A DNA stretch of 64,000 bases from Glaucostegus cemiculus (lineage: Eukaryota), in contig CDPCPM010000107.1 in NCBI GenBank assembly GCA_976551045.1, positions 9,176,001 through 9,240,000 on the forward strand, written 5' to 3'. The stretch's first letter is position 1. Each line of letters begins with the position of its first letter. The notes under the pieces were generated by a model. The model did no database searches. It was not told the origin of the DNA and saw only the letters and a program-made list of their open reading frames with translations. A program made the translations under genes and the position numbers. This document shows positions 12,326 to 23,685 of the stretch, piece after piece.

Positions 12326-14250
12326 CAAAATTTAAGAATGAAATCATGCTATTTTGCTTGCAAACACAGACTACATCCTATAGGGCATTCCTTTAGTTTT
12401 GGCATTGTTATCAGTGCTGCTACATAGTATATAGTGCTATCCTAGCAACTGCAGCATTTCTAGTGCAAGTTCATTGACTATTAGTAGAGGAATCTATAGA
12501 TGTCATTGGCCTTGGAGGATGAACTCCAGCAATTCTAGCCTAGCAGGACTTGTTTCAGACTGCCCTGTCTTGGCATGGACAGCAGCAGCAGCATAGGCTG
12601 GCCGTTGAGCTGGCTGTTAGACTGACAGGAATCAGCAAGAACAAAGTAGTTGAGATGTGATCTTGTGGTTCTCATAGCTTGACTGCTGGCATTGAACTCC
12701 ACAGCTAACTCCTCACACTGCATTTTCAGTCATGTATATGGAAGGCCTCCTGTAGACACACGACATCGCTCCTAATGTCCACTACTTCTCCCTTGGGCTC
12801 GTGTGGCCTCGGGAAACTCGCTCTATCTTGGGTTCAGTTATTCTTCATTGGTCCCGTCTGATTAATTCCCTGTACGATTGCTGGTACCTGCTGCACCCAT
12901 GGTGCACTTTCCCTTTAAGAGATGAATGCTAAGTTTAGATGATGCTGGCAATTTACAAGTTTCAACTTCCTGGTGAAGCCTGCAGCCAATCAACTGTTCA
13001 TGCTGACTGCATACAGAAATCATTGATAATGAGCATGAAGCTGGCGTGTTGCCTGCATTGCAATCAATGGACATTGGTTAATAGTATCTAGTGACCTGCA
13101 TGCCTGTTCTCAAGTATCCAGTCTCTATACCTCAGTATCTTGTTGGTTAATTGCATATACATGGCCCGATCACACATTATATTGTTAGTATCACGCAGGT
13201 CCTAAGAAGTTGTTAAAAATATTTTCTTAGTGATGGAGTAAGGAGGTAACCTTCTGTGGAGGTCAAGAGTACTTGAAGTCACAGTGCTGAAGTGACTCTG
13301 ACTGAATTGAGATGTTTTAGCACTAAGGCATGTTCTATTATACGAGTCAAAACTGTTTTGGATATGCTCAACAGATCTATATATTCAATGTTTTCCTGCC
13401 GAAATCCCACATGAATGAAGTCTTGATTCACTTCTGCATTGACCTAGCTTGGCAGCACTAAGTTGCTCGTTGTTGTTTGTTAATTGTTCACCCAGTGACT
13501 GTCTCTTTCTGAAAGCATATACAGGACAGCTGTTATTAGATTGGCACTGAGACAGAGTTGATGTACCTAACTGTGCCCCACCCACATTTTTAGTATGTTT
13601 ATTCAACATAAATAACAATTGTGGGTGAAATTTGAGAAAACTGCATTTAAAGCAAAAGCAGTTGTTCTTATTGAGATGCATTATTGCACCATTAAAAATA
13701 ATTTTATTGAATGTTTTTAATCTGTTTCCAGCAATAAACTTGAGTTAAAGTCTTTGAAGATAATGGAAATGTGAACATTGGGATCAGCTGGATTTTTGGA
13801 GTGCATCAGCTGGAGCTGTGGTGTGGCATACAGCCAAATAAAACTGATTTAGTAGAGTACAGCCAGTGTACTACATCTGATGCCAACACTCAAGGTTTTT
13901 AATTATCTTAACAAAAATAGTACAATGTAACAAATATGTGGATGGAATATACCCCACTTAAGCCATCACATCCAATTGCATGTTGCAGGAGCAGTTCAAT
14001 TTTTTTTTGTCTTTAGTTTGACCATCCTTTTTCTGGATAAAATCCTCATAATGTGACCTCAGTGGTCTTGACCATACCTGACCTGGAAGTGCACAATGTT
14101 GACTGTGGGGAACTCGTGGAAAGTGCTTCATTTCCTTGATGGTGCTATGGTACATAGCACAGTGTGATAAAGAATTGTTGTTTCATAGAAGTTTGCCTAC
14201 TTTCTATCAGTTTGCGTATTTTTTAATGCAATGCCTTGTTTTTTTAATAG

Positions 14251-14357
14251 AGTTCCAAGCATGGAGCTTCAGAATACTTTACTGGTGAATCAGAAATGAA
14301 AGAGCCTTGCAATGTCTCTATCTCAATTCAGAAGAAGAAAGAAGCTTTGAAACAAAT
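14251..14357 (+). CDS. SLX4IP: SLX4IP penultimate coding exon
   Basis: ttttttaatag acceptor, gtacgt donor, 107 nt (phase 0 to 2). SSKHGASEYFTGESEMKEPCNVSISIQKKKEALKQ(I) resembles human HGVSDYF...NALKEI. Phases fit both neighbours. Confidence 0.85.
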
Positions 14358-17045
14358 GTACGTATTACCATGTGTTTGGGTGAAAATTGTTCCCTGACTG
14401 TAAAGTAACAAGCCTAACAATCTGGCCCTTTGCTAAAAGGAAATGTTAATTTTTGCAGTTGTTGAAGTGGAGCATTAAACTTTTTAAGAATCTGTGCAGA
14501 TAAACCAGCATTTTTGCTCATTTCTATATTGCAAGATTAAATAAAATTAAGAAAACAACCCAGCTAAATTCCATTCATTTGAAAATACTGTTTTACTAAT
14601 TCTCATTAAAGATCTACTTTTATCTTCCTTGACAAATATATCAGGCCTCACATTTATTTTTTGATCAATAGTTATTGCACTTCTATTTTCCTTCCTGATA
14701 CCAATCACGAAGCATAGTTTTTCTATTTACTCTTTTGCTTTCTTTCAATAAGTGTATATTGAGCTGTAACATTTTAATGCAAGTATTTTTGGGCTATATT
14801 TATTTTGTAATTTATAGGAATTTGCACTGTACTGCTGCTGCAATACAACAAATTTTACAGCATGAGTCAGTGATAATAATCCTGATCCTGATTCTGCAGA
14901 GAATTTCATCAACTTTTTAATCCCTTGAAAGTTGTTGTTTGAAATTATATCTTGAATTTTATGATGCCCTTAATATAGGCAAACATTCTTCAGCATTTCA
15001 CACTGATAAAACCAAAGTTTCACTTTTACTGCCAGCAGCAGAAGGGACAGAACACGATTGTAGATTGAGATCTCGCCTATGCAGGCATATTCATTTACTG
15101 TTTGACAGATTACACAAAGTATTCCACTACTATGATAGCTCTTGGAGAGTATCAGTAGAATTGTACTCTATTCCTCATTTTACTAGTATTTAAAGTTGGA
15201 TTTACCAGAAACTCCTCCAACTCCCTCTCTTCATTTTGAGATTCTCCTTAAAACTCACCTTTTTGATCATCACACCTCATATTTCCTCCATTTAGACTGG
15301 CACCCATTATTTCAGAGTATTCCCCAGATTCAAAAATCCTTTTGTCACTTGCCACCTTCCCATATCCATATGGTCACCTAGCCATCAGAAGTAAGGTTAC
15401 TACAGATAAAGCTCTAAATCTGGTATTTATATATCCTGCATTTGAATCAGTGATTTCTGTAAATCATGGGTTGCCATGTTGAAGTTTGGGCCTACTGCCA
15501 GATATGAGTGAAAAAGCTATAAATCCTTTAATTTCGAAAATACTCAGACCAATGATAAACCAGTAACATATTTTGGAATTTTTGGTCGTTTATTTTCATG
15601 GAAAGAATTTGAATGTGATTAAAGTTAGAGTTGATTCAAAGTTTTTTGCAGTTTAGAAACATTCTTCCAGTATGAATTTGCTGGGTCAGAATTAGAGTTT
15701 GTATATTAATTAATCAAGCCTTAAATCTGTTACACATGATGGCAATAGACTATTTGGTAAACCTCTGCTTGGCATGCTTCTCAATCTACATTTGGAAAGG
15801 TCAGAGCAAATGCCTACAAAGGCATTTGCAGAAAAAGAGCTACCCCCATTTATAATCATATGGAGGTTCTATTGTCTCATCCCCAAATGGCAAATAGCTC
15901 ACCTTTGGAATGTCTTGCGTTCAAAAAAATATTTATAGTAAAACCCTAAATTTGTAACAGTTGCATACACAATGATCGTAAACTTGACAATGCACATCAA
16001 TTTTATAATGTGATTATCAAATGTGCTAAGTATCCACCTATCGCCTCAACTAATTCTGGCCCGTATACCAACATCTTAATATTCAGTTTCTTGTATATTT
16101 CATATGAGGTACCATAATAACTAAAGGGGCAATAATAATAGGTTGCCTTTTTTTTATTCCATTAAATTGATCTGCTAGTTGGAGTACAGAAAATATACCC
16201 ATCTTTTCCCTGTGGTTGTGGAGCTTTCAGCTCCCTAGCTCCTGATCTCAGGAACTTGAGTTTAAAGATCTCTCTATCGTTCTTCCATGGCATTCTGAAA
16301 ACAAGACTTTTCTCCCAAGGCTTCAATTATCTTGGCTGGTTTCTCTCCCAGCTGTATCCTTTTGCTTTTGTTGCTCCTTTGTAAAGTGTCTTGGGGCATT
16401 TTCTCTGTAAAGGCATTACTTAGATACTTGTTATTGAAGTACTATTCATCAATTTCCAGGCTATTCACCTAAGTACGTAAAGCAATGTGTTAAATCTTGC
16501 CAGTGCTTGAAAGGCTCGTCTGAAATAAATGAACTAGCAAATAGGCTTGTCCCTTGGATGACTATACAAGACTATGTACATGTGTCAGAACATGTGGTTT
16601 CACTGGAATCAAGCTTGGTCACTTCTTTATCAGAACATAGTTTTCCATTAAAAAGATATTCAGGGTTTTTAAATGTTTGACTTTCTAATTATTCCACTGA
16701 AGAAAGGACTATAATCTTTTAAAAAAATATATCAGTTTGGGCAAGTAATATGTTACAGGAAGCATTCTTTTTGACTCATTTCAGAATTAACCTTTTTCTT
16801 ATTAACCTCACAAACTGTACTTCCTGGTTTGGCTATTGTGCTTAATATAAAATTTATGTGAATTCAGGATTAGTTTTCTCAGCTGGAAACATCTGAACTG
16901 CATGCAAAGGAAAATTAAGATTGACATTCATATATTTTGGAGGGGAACATTTTACAGATATGGAATACTTCAATCTATGTTTGTAAGTACTGGGTGATTA
17001 TGGACACCTTCATTGATACTGGATTTTTTGTTTTTTTGTTTCCAG

Positions 17046-17895
17046 TGTGAAAAAAAGTTGTGGCACAAAAACGGAAGACTTTAACAAAGCTGACTCTAGT
17101 GGTTTCTTAACAAAAGCACTGCTTGGTGTAACAGAAGATGAGCAGGATGTAGCCCCACCTGCTGCAGGTCTCAGCCATGAGATTCAGAATATAAATACTG
17201 GTAGAAGAGAAGATTATATGAACTCAGTTCAAAGCAAGTTACTTCCTGTCATAAAACTGGAAAAATATATTAACAAGAGGCAGCCAGCTCAACAGAACTG
17301 CCAACAACAACCTCAATCTATTGAACAGCTGAAGACAGGTTTGAAAAGCACAGCGGACGACAGTGAGTCAGCACTGCAGAATCTTAAACAAAATGAAGCA
17401 AACAAAAAAGGACAAACCAAACGAAGGAGGGTCTCCTCTCAAAGTGGAACAAATGTTGCTGTGAAGATAACTTCTGGAGAGAGTCCTGCAACCCCTGTTG
17501 AGGTTACAATGGAGATGAACTCTCCTGAGTTTTTAAGGAAGCCATTGAAGAAAAAACCATTAGTAAAACCTAATTCCCATTTTAAAAGGTCAGTCAAAGG
17601 TAAACCTGACTGCCTTGTCCTCACCGACAGAGATGCAGGTGGATACTTGTTTTCTACAGGCAGTTCTCCCCAAGACTTCTGCCATGTAAATAAGCATAAG
17701 AAGAGAAGATTAACAGTACAGAATAAATTGACAAAGTCAGAGGTGGCACCTTTGAGTCCTTCTTGTTCCAAGTCTCAGAATTCTGCCGCAATATTGATAA
17801 AAGACAAATCAGAGAAAGAAAATATGCCAAGAAAATCAAGACTTCGAAGGCCAAAAAAGGCTGGAACTTTCCGGAGTGACATTGTTGCTATGTGA
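17046..17895 (+). CDS. SLX4IP: SLX4IP terminal coding exon
   Basis: T-rich tract then ccag acceptor; AT|T completes Ile, then the 282-aa ORF VKKSCGTK... The segment LPVIKLEK...EQLKTGL matches human LPVQKLEK...ERLKTGL. TGA ends at 17895. Confidence 0.88.
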
Positions 17896-18034
17896 TAGTT
17901 TCTAATGTTTGGTAGTTAGTGTTTGCATTTTACAAGACACAATTAATGTTGTGCATTGTTGTAAAAGCACATCATTCTCCTGAATTACCAAGATGCCAGC
18001 AACGTTTCTTCTGAGGTTTGACGTGCAGTCTAGT

Positions 18035-18403
18035 AATAAATTCAAGCTGGATAAATTGTTCAGCTTCAATTTAGTCCAATCTTCTTTTCATAGTCTTGAT
18101 TTATAAAAGGAATTCATTATTGCTGTCCATAATGCTGTCAAATTTGATGCTAATCTCAATAATATTAGTTTACAAATGATAGGCTCCAGTGCATGTGTTG
18201 TAATTTTATTTTAAAATTTATTCTTTGCTATCTTATTTAGTATATTATTGCCATTCTTGCGGTTGTTCCAACTTGTATTTCACATTAAAAGTTTGATTAG
18301 ATTTGCAACTGTTTCTTTATTCTCTTCTTTGGTTTTCACTTTCCAAAAAAAGAAACAGGTATCAATGTTCATTCTTAATGCCATGGAGGTTTGATAAAAT
18401 AAA
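18035..18403 (+). terminator. Candidate SLX4IP polyadenylation signals (AATAAA 18035, ATTAAA 18284, AATAAA 18398)
   Basis: Hexamers downstream of the stop; ATTAAA at 18284 is followed by a T/GT-rich tract. Which site is used cannot be determined from sequence. Confidence 0.45.
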
Positions 18404-18620
18404 TATGTGTTTTATAATGTAATAACGTTCACAAATTACAGTTTAACAAAAAATACGCAAGATATTAATTGGAGATGACTAAAGACACAAAACATTCGCC
18501 ACTAAGGTCTAGCTTTTCCCTCCCAGTTTATCTTAAACACACATTAATCAGTAAAGATTTTTTCACTTCCAGTCAAATTTTGGTCTTTTTGATCACCTCT
18601 ATTACCAGTAAATTTGGAAA

Positions 18621-19156
18621 AGTTGATAAGCCATTACCTTGATAGTCATTATAGTTTGATGACAAAATGGGGGGGGGGGGGGGGGGGGGGGGGGGGTACG
18701 GGGGTTAGCATTCCTATCACCAACTTGACTTTTGATGGTTAATTACGTTGGAATTTCCCCAAACATTGATAGAACCATAGAACAATACAGCACAAAACAG
18801 GCCCTTCGGCCTACCATATTGTGCTGTCCTTCAAACGTCACACGATCTAACGCTTTCCTCCCACATATCCCTCTATTCCACATTCCTCCATATGCCTATC
18901 TAACAATCTCTTGAACCTGTCCAACGTATCTGCCTCCACACCACCCCAGGCAGTGCATTCCATGCGCTAACCACTCTCTGGGTGAAAAACTTCCCTCTGA
19001 TATCTCCCCTGAACTTTCCACCCAATACCTTAAAGCCGTGCCCTCTCGTCTTGAGCATCTGTGCTCTGGGAAAGAGGCGCTGATACCGCCCCCCCCCCCC
19101 CCCCCCCCATTTTGTCATCAAACTATAATGACTATCAAGATAATGGCTTATCAGCT
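18621..19156. repeat. Inverted repeat pair: 18621-18696 and 19089-19156
   Basis: agttgataagccattaccttgatagtcattatagtttgatgacaaaat(G)28 versus (C)20attttgtcatcaaactataatgactatcaagataatggcttatcagct; 46 of 48 identical plus the G/C runs. Confidence 0.95.
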
Positions 19157-19190
19157 CTATCCCTCTCAATATCATATACCTCTATACCTT
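18768..19190 (-). mobile_element. CR1 3' fragment containing an inverted copy of nearby flank
   Basis: ORF 18900-19175 has KTRGHGFKVLGGKFRGDIRGKFFTQRVVSAWNALP (CR1 ORF2 end); tail (catagaa)n at about 18770. Confidence 0.88.
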
Positions 19191-19589
19191 GATGGACTAA
19201 TATTATAAAGTGTGTCTAAACTTATGAGATTATGAGCTACACCTCCCACATATCAAGGGTGCCAAACAGGGAAACAAATCCTACTCGTACATTGATGGTA
19301 AAATGGTAGATTTTAGTAATTCTAGTGGAATCCCACAGTTCTTATTTATGTAAGAGGTAGTTGAGAAAGCATAACTGTAAATCTGATGATCCTGTTAAAG
19401 CTTAGTATAATTGTAGAAAAGATTTGGCATTATTCCTTGGGTAGTTTGGACAAAACCACCTTTGTTTCCAATGGTAAAATTTTTTTCAAATTAAACAGAC
19501 TGGCAAAGTGTTTTGTTCTCCACAGTAAGTATATTTTTTATTTAAACCACCTTTAATATAGAAGGATATATTAGAACAGCAAACTGAAA

Positions 19590-20140
19590 CTTTGGTCAAC
19601 ACTGTAGGCTTTTGGAAGTGTCTAAGAGAGGTTTAGGGGAGGTATTTGAAAACTTAGGAACTAAGTAGTTAAAGCCAAGGCAGTTAGTAATGATTGATTC
19701 AATTGGAAATGTTGGGACAGAATCGTAGGAGGTCTGACGCGGTTGGTGCCTGTGGCGATGGCAATGAGGTTTTTGGATTAAACAACACAACAGGGATAGA
19801 GAACAATGAGGCATTAAAAGATTTTGCAATGGAGATTTCAAAATTGAGGCATTGCCAGACCTGGATATAATCCTGAGCCATGAGCACAATGACGATGGGT
19901 GAACAATACTCAGTAGAAGTTATAGACAATGGAGGAGCTCAGGTTTATGGAAAGTGAAGGATAGCAGTAGAGCTTTGATAGGGTTTGGTTTAGAGATAAC
20001 CAAGCTAGAAATGAGAGTCCCAGCAATAGGTAAATTGAGGCAGAAGTAAAGGAGGTAGTAATGTAGTAGAAATAGCTAGTTGTGATGGAACAGATATATA
20101 GTCAGAAGATCATAATAGGCGCTAGTAGTTCATTAAGATG
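19590..20140 (-). mobile_element. Old L2/CR1-group LINE fragment
   Basis: gagaggtttaggggagg...ttaggaactaagtagttaaagccaagg pattern, related to segments at 27.0-27.5 and 33.3-33.9 kb. Degenerate. Confidence 0.5.
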
Positions 20141-21569
20141 GGCGGAAATTTTTTTGAACAATAAGTCAAAAATTAAAGTTGCCATTCCATTAAGGTTATA
20201 GTACTTGTGGGAATAATCACTTTTGGTAAAGCATTTTGCGCCAACAAAATGATTAGGTGGGGGATGAGGGAGATGGTTTAATCACCATGGACTCTGGTTC
20301 TCGCTTAACAAATCACTCAACGTATTCAGACATCTCAACAAAATGCTTTCTGCCCTCTATTCCTATACTTTCAATTATCTAGCTATAATCCTTTCTAGAT
20401 GGTGTCTTTTGTGATATCAAACACCTGCTAATATAACCTTAATTTTATTACCTTCAGTTTTGCACTGTATTTCATTATTAAAAACTAAAAATCTGTTATT
20501 TCTATGCTATTATTGACCTTCCTAAATATTCATAAATTACATCCTATGTTGCAGAAAAAGATTATCCATCAATGCCAATGGTGGTTTCTTATCCAGCTAA
20601 ATTTGACTTTATACTCTGAGTGCTTATCTGTTCATTTAAGAAATGAGAAATTCTACAGTCTCAGTATTTTCTTTCAAGGAGATAAGAAACTGGGCTAGAA
20701 ATTCTTCTGCCCTTGTGGATGCAGTGAACTAGTGCAGGGTGGGGAACATTTTCCGTTTATGCAGGTCTCACTGACACGCTTTGTAGTGTAAATGTGTATT
20801 GAGCAATATATTGTTTAACTTGCCACTGCATGATGAGTGCTTATGAATATTTGAAAACTGCACAACAGTGGACAGAGTACTTCACTAATTGAAACCAGTT
20901 TTCCAGGTTTAAAGGGCACCTGACTACTAAACCACACCACTTCCTAAGCCGGCTGTTGCAATGTCTATAAAGAAGTTCAGCTGAACAGGGTAAATCCCCT
21001 CACCCAACAATCCAGTGATAACCTCTGGTTTAGAGGCAGAGAGGTAAGTACTCTGTGGCACGGATGCTATGAGATCAATCCAAACTGTGATGACCCTAGC
21101 ACTATCAGATAAAGGAGTGTGGGTACCAAGTCACCCAGGGCCTGCTAACAATGTAGAAAGATAATTCCAGCACATCATTCATTTGATCAAGGTTAGTATT
21201 TTGACATGCCTCACAGTTCCATTGATTTGCATAACAGGGCCAAAATATTGGCTCCTGTTTTATAGACTAGCCAGCATTATTACTTGGTATTTAACCCTGA
21301 ATAACCTTCCTGATGTCTGAGGATTGATAAGAAAGGACAAGAGAGATACAAGCCTAATGGGATTAGTGCAGATAGGCATTGCAGTCAGCATGGACAAGGT
21401 TGGCTGTAAGGGATCCATTTCTATGCTGTATGTTTCTATGATTTGTGGAACCTTATGGTTAGATATTTGCATTAATAAATCTTCTGGGAATGATGTGGAG
21501 TCTTCATGATGTCAGATGCTACTGATAATTCTCTTTTCATTGATTTTAAATCCAGATTTAGTGATACTG

Positions 21570-23100
21570 TATGTCATCCCAGTGGAGAATTTTCTGCAAG
21601 GTAAAAAAATGATGTCTTCGTCACTGTATTTTCACTCTTCCATAGCCTCTTGAGAAACATATGTTTTGTCTTCATGGTCAACGCTGCATCTGCTGTGGTC
21701 ATTAACCATGGTTTAAGGAAACAAATATTGAACTGAAAGCAATTCACTTGCTCTGGTAATTTGGCCACTGAATCTAATAGACAAGGAATGTCAAAATGGG
21801 CTGTTATTGTTCCTGTTACTTCCTCCCTGCATAGGCCTAGAGCTAGGGATGTAAAGTTTTCGAGAGAATCTCCAGTCAATGATGGGCTGTCACTATGACA
21901 AGAGAGGCATTCCTTCATCACAGTCTTCCAGTATGCTCCTATTCTGGCTGCTGCTCCAGCTTTTTCCTCCTCAAGACAGTGGCTGAACTCAGATTATGAT
22001 TATGTGGTCGAGCCTACAACTCTCAAATTCTCCAGTTAGCAGATCACTGCAACATCAGGAAGCTAACTAATACTTTCAGAACAAGGAAAAGGGACTTTTT
22101 CTTGAACAAAGTCTATCGGTCACTGAAAACAAATTCGCGAGGATTGCATTTTCACTGACGTTCAGGAAATGAGAGACACACGAGTTCAGTCTATCACTTC
22201 CTGAACTTGGTAAAGAAAATGCATTTCTCACAAGAGTACTGCAAGGACTGACCATGGCACCTTTTGAATTTCATCTGGAGAATCCCGATAGCACTATCCA
22301 CTAGTTTTTGATGTGTTGTGGATGAAGACCCACTCAGAGAATGGAGGAGTCAATGCAGCAAGCTTTATTTACTTTCAAGCACAAAGAGGGGATGTTCTGC
22401 AGGAGAATGTTCAGGAGAGTTAAAATACATAGTGCATTATGGTTACAATGTGTGACAGGTGATTGGCAGCAGATCAAATGTAACCATGACTATTTTTGGT
22501 GAGGATGGTGGTTAAGTAGCTATCTATAACTCCCATGGTCAAATGCGCAAATTTGAGATACAAAGACCATGTTAGTATTTCCATGTTACAATAGTGCCAG
22601 CTGCTTTAATTCTTAAATGTATTATGCCCCACCTGGCTGATGTCATTCATACCTTCTCTGCTTCCTATCGATAGCTGTTCTCATTTTGCACCTATTTGCA
22701 GTACGATCATCAGTTGTTCCCTTTATCCTTATCAGTGTTCGTGGGGCTTGGAGTTTCAACGTGCGCCTCAAGTTATGGATTCCAGTCAACTCTTCTTTGT
22801 TTCATCTGTCTAACTGTGGTCTACAACGGTCTCTATTAGATTTGGCCAAGTATCCCAGAATCCCTCATAGTTGTGTCACGTTTGTCATCTGTCCTAATGC
22901 TGAATAAATATATACGTCAATATACATTTATGTGTTCAAGGTCGGGATTTCTCCCACTGAAACTTCATGATGACCAATCGAGGTCTGTATAAATACTGTG
23001 GTTAGTTTCGAGAGCCAGTTATGTCATGTGGCTGTAGTCTGAGTAAATACTTCACAGCTGCCATTGTAATCAATAGCGGTCTTTGTTGACACAGATGTCT
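21570..23100 (-). mobile_element. Possible highly decayed Gypsy-like pol/integrase remnant
   Basis: Minus ORF has MKECLSCH (CxxC), LLDSVAKLPE (cf VVDxxSKWPE) and TTADAAL..KHMF (cf TTAxxI..L..IF). Weak; extent uncertain. Confidence 0.35.
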
Positions 23101-23329
23101 CCGAGTGATTTCAATTGCTGATTATTGCTGGTAATATCAATAGAAGACTAGTGGCTCTATGATATTAATATAGGATACATTAGAAACAGGTTGAAGGCTG
23201 GTGCTTGGTTATTATCCTTGTTTTCTTTATTAATATATACTCTGACTATCTCTCTCACCCCTCTCTCCCCCCTCCCACCCACCCAACAGGTGCTCAGCAA
23301 CACCGGCTAGATGGGTGAGGGGCCAAGGA

Positions 23330-23685
23330 AGAAAAGGATAGCCCTTGGCGAGGTGGCACACTATATATTGCTGCCACCTCACAACTTCAATGATCTGAGT
23401 TCAATCCTGAGCCTGGGTGGGGTCTCCGTGAAGTTTACAGGTTCTCCCCACTTCTGTTGGCTGCTCCAGGTTCCACCCACATCCCAAAGGGGTAGTCTAA
23501 GTTAACTCACTAACGTAAATGACCTTTAATATTGGTAAGTGGCAAATAAAAAATCAAAGGGAGACTGATGGACACATGAGAATGAATAAGTTGCGGAGAT
23601 AATAGGGAGAATGGGGCTGATGGGATTGCTCTTCTGAGAACAGGTATGGACCCAATAGGCCAAATGGCCTCCTGTGTTGTAATAG
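23330..23685 (+). mobile_element. Degenerate V-SINE
   Basis: B-box-like gagttcaatcc, decayed V-domain ctccaggttccacccacatcccaaag, 3' end ggccaaatggcctcctgtgttgtaa. Confidence 0.7.

Noticed and set aside
20880-21170. LF-SINE-like ancient element
   Set aside because: Only patchy resemblance to a recalled consensus; cannot be supported without an alignment.
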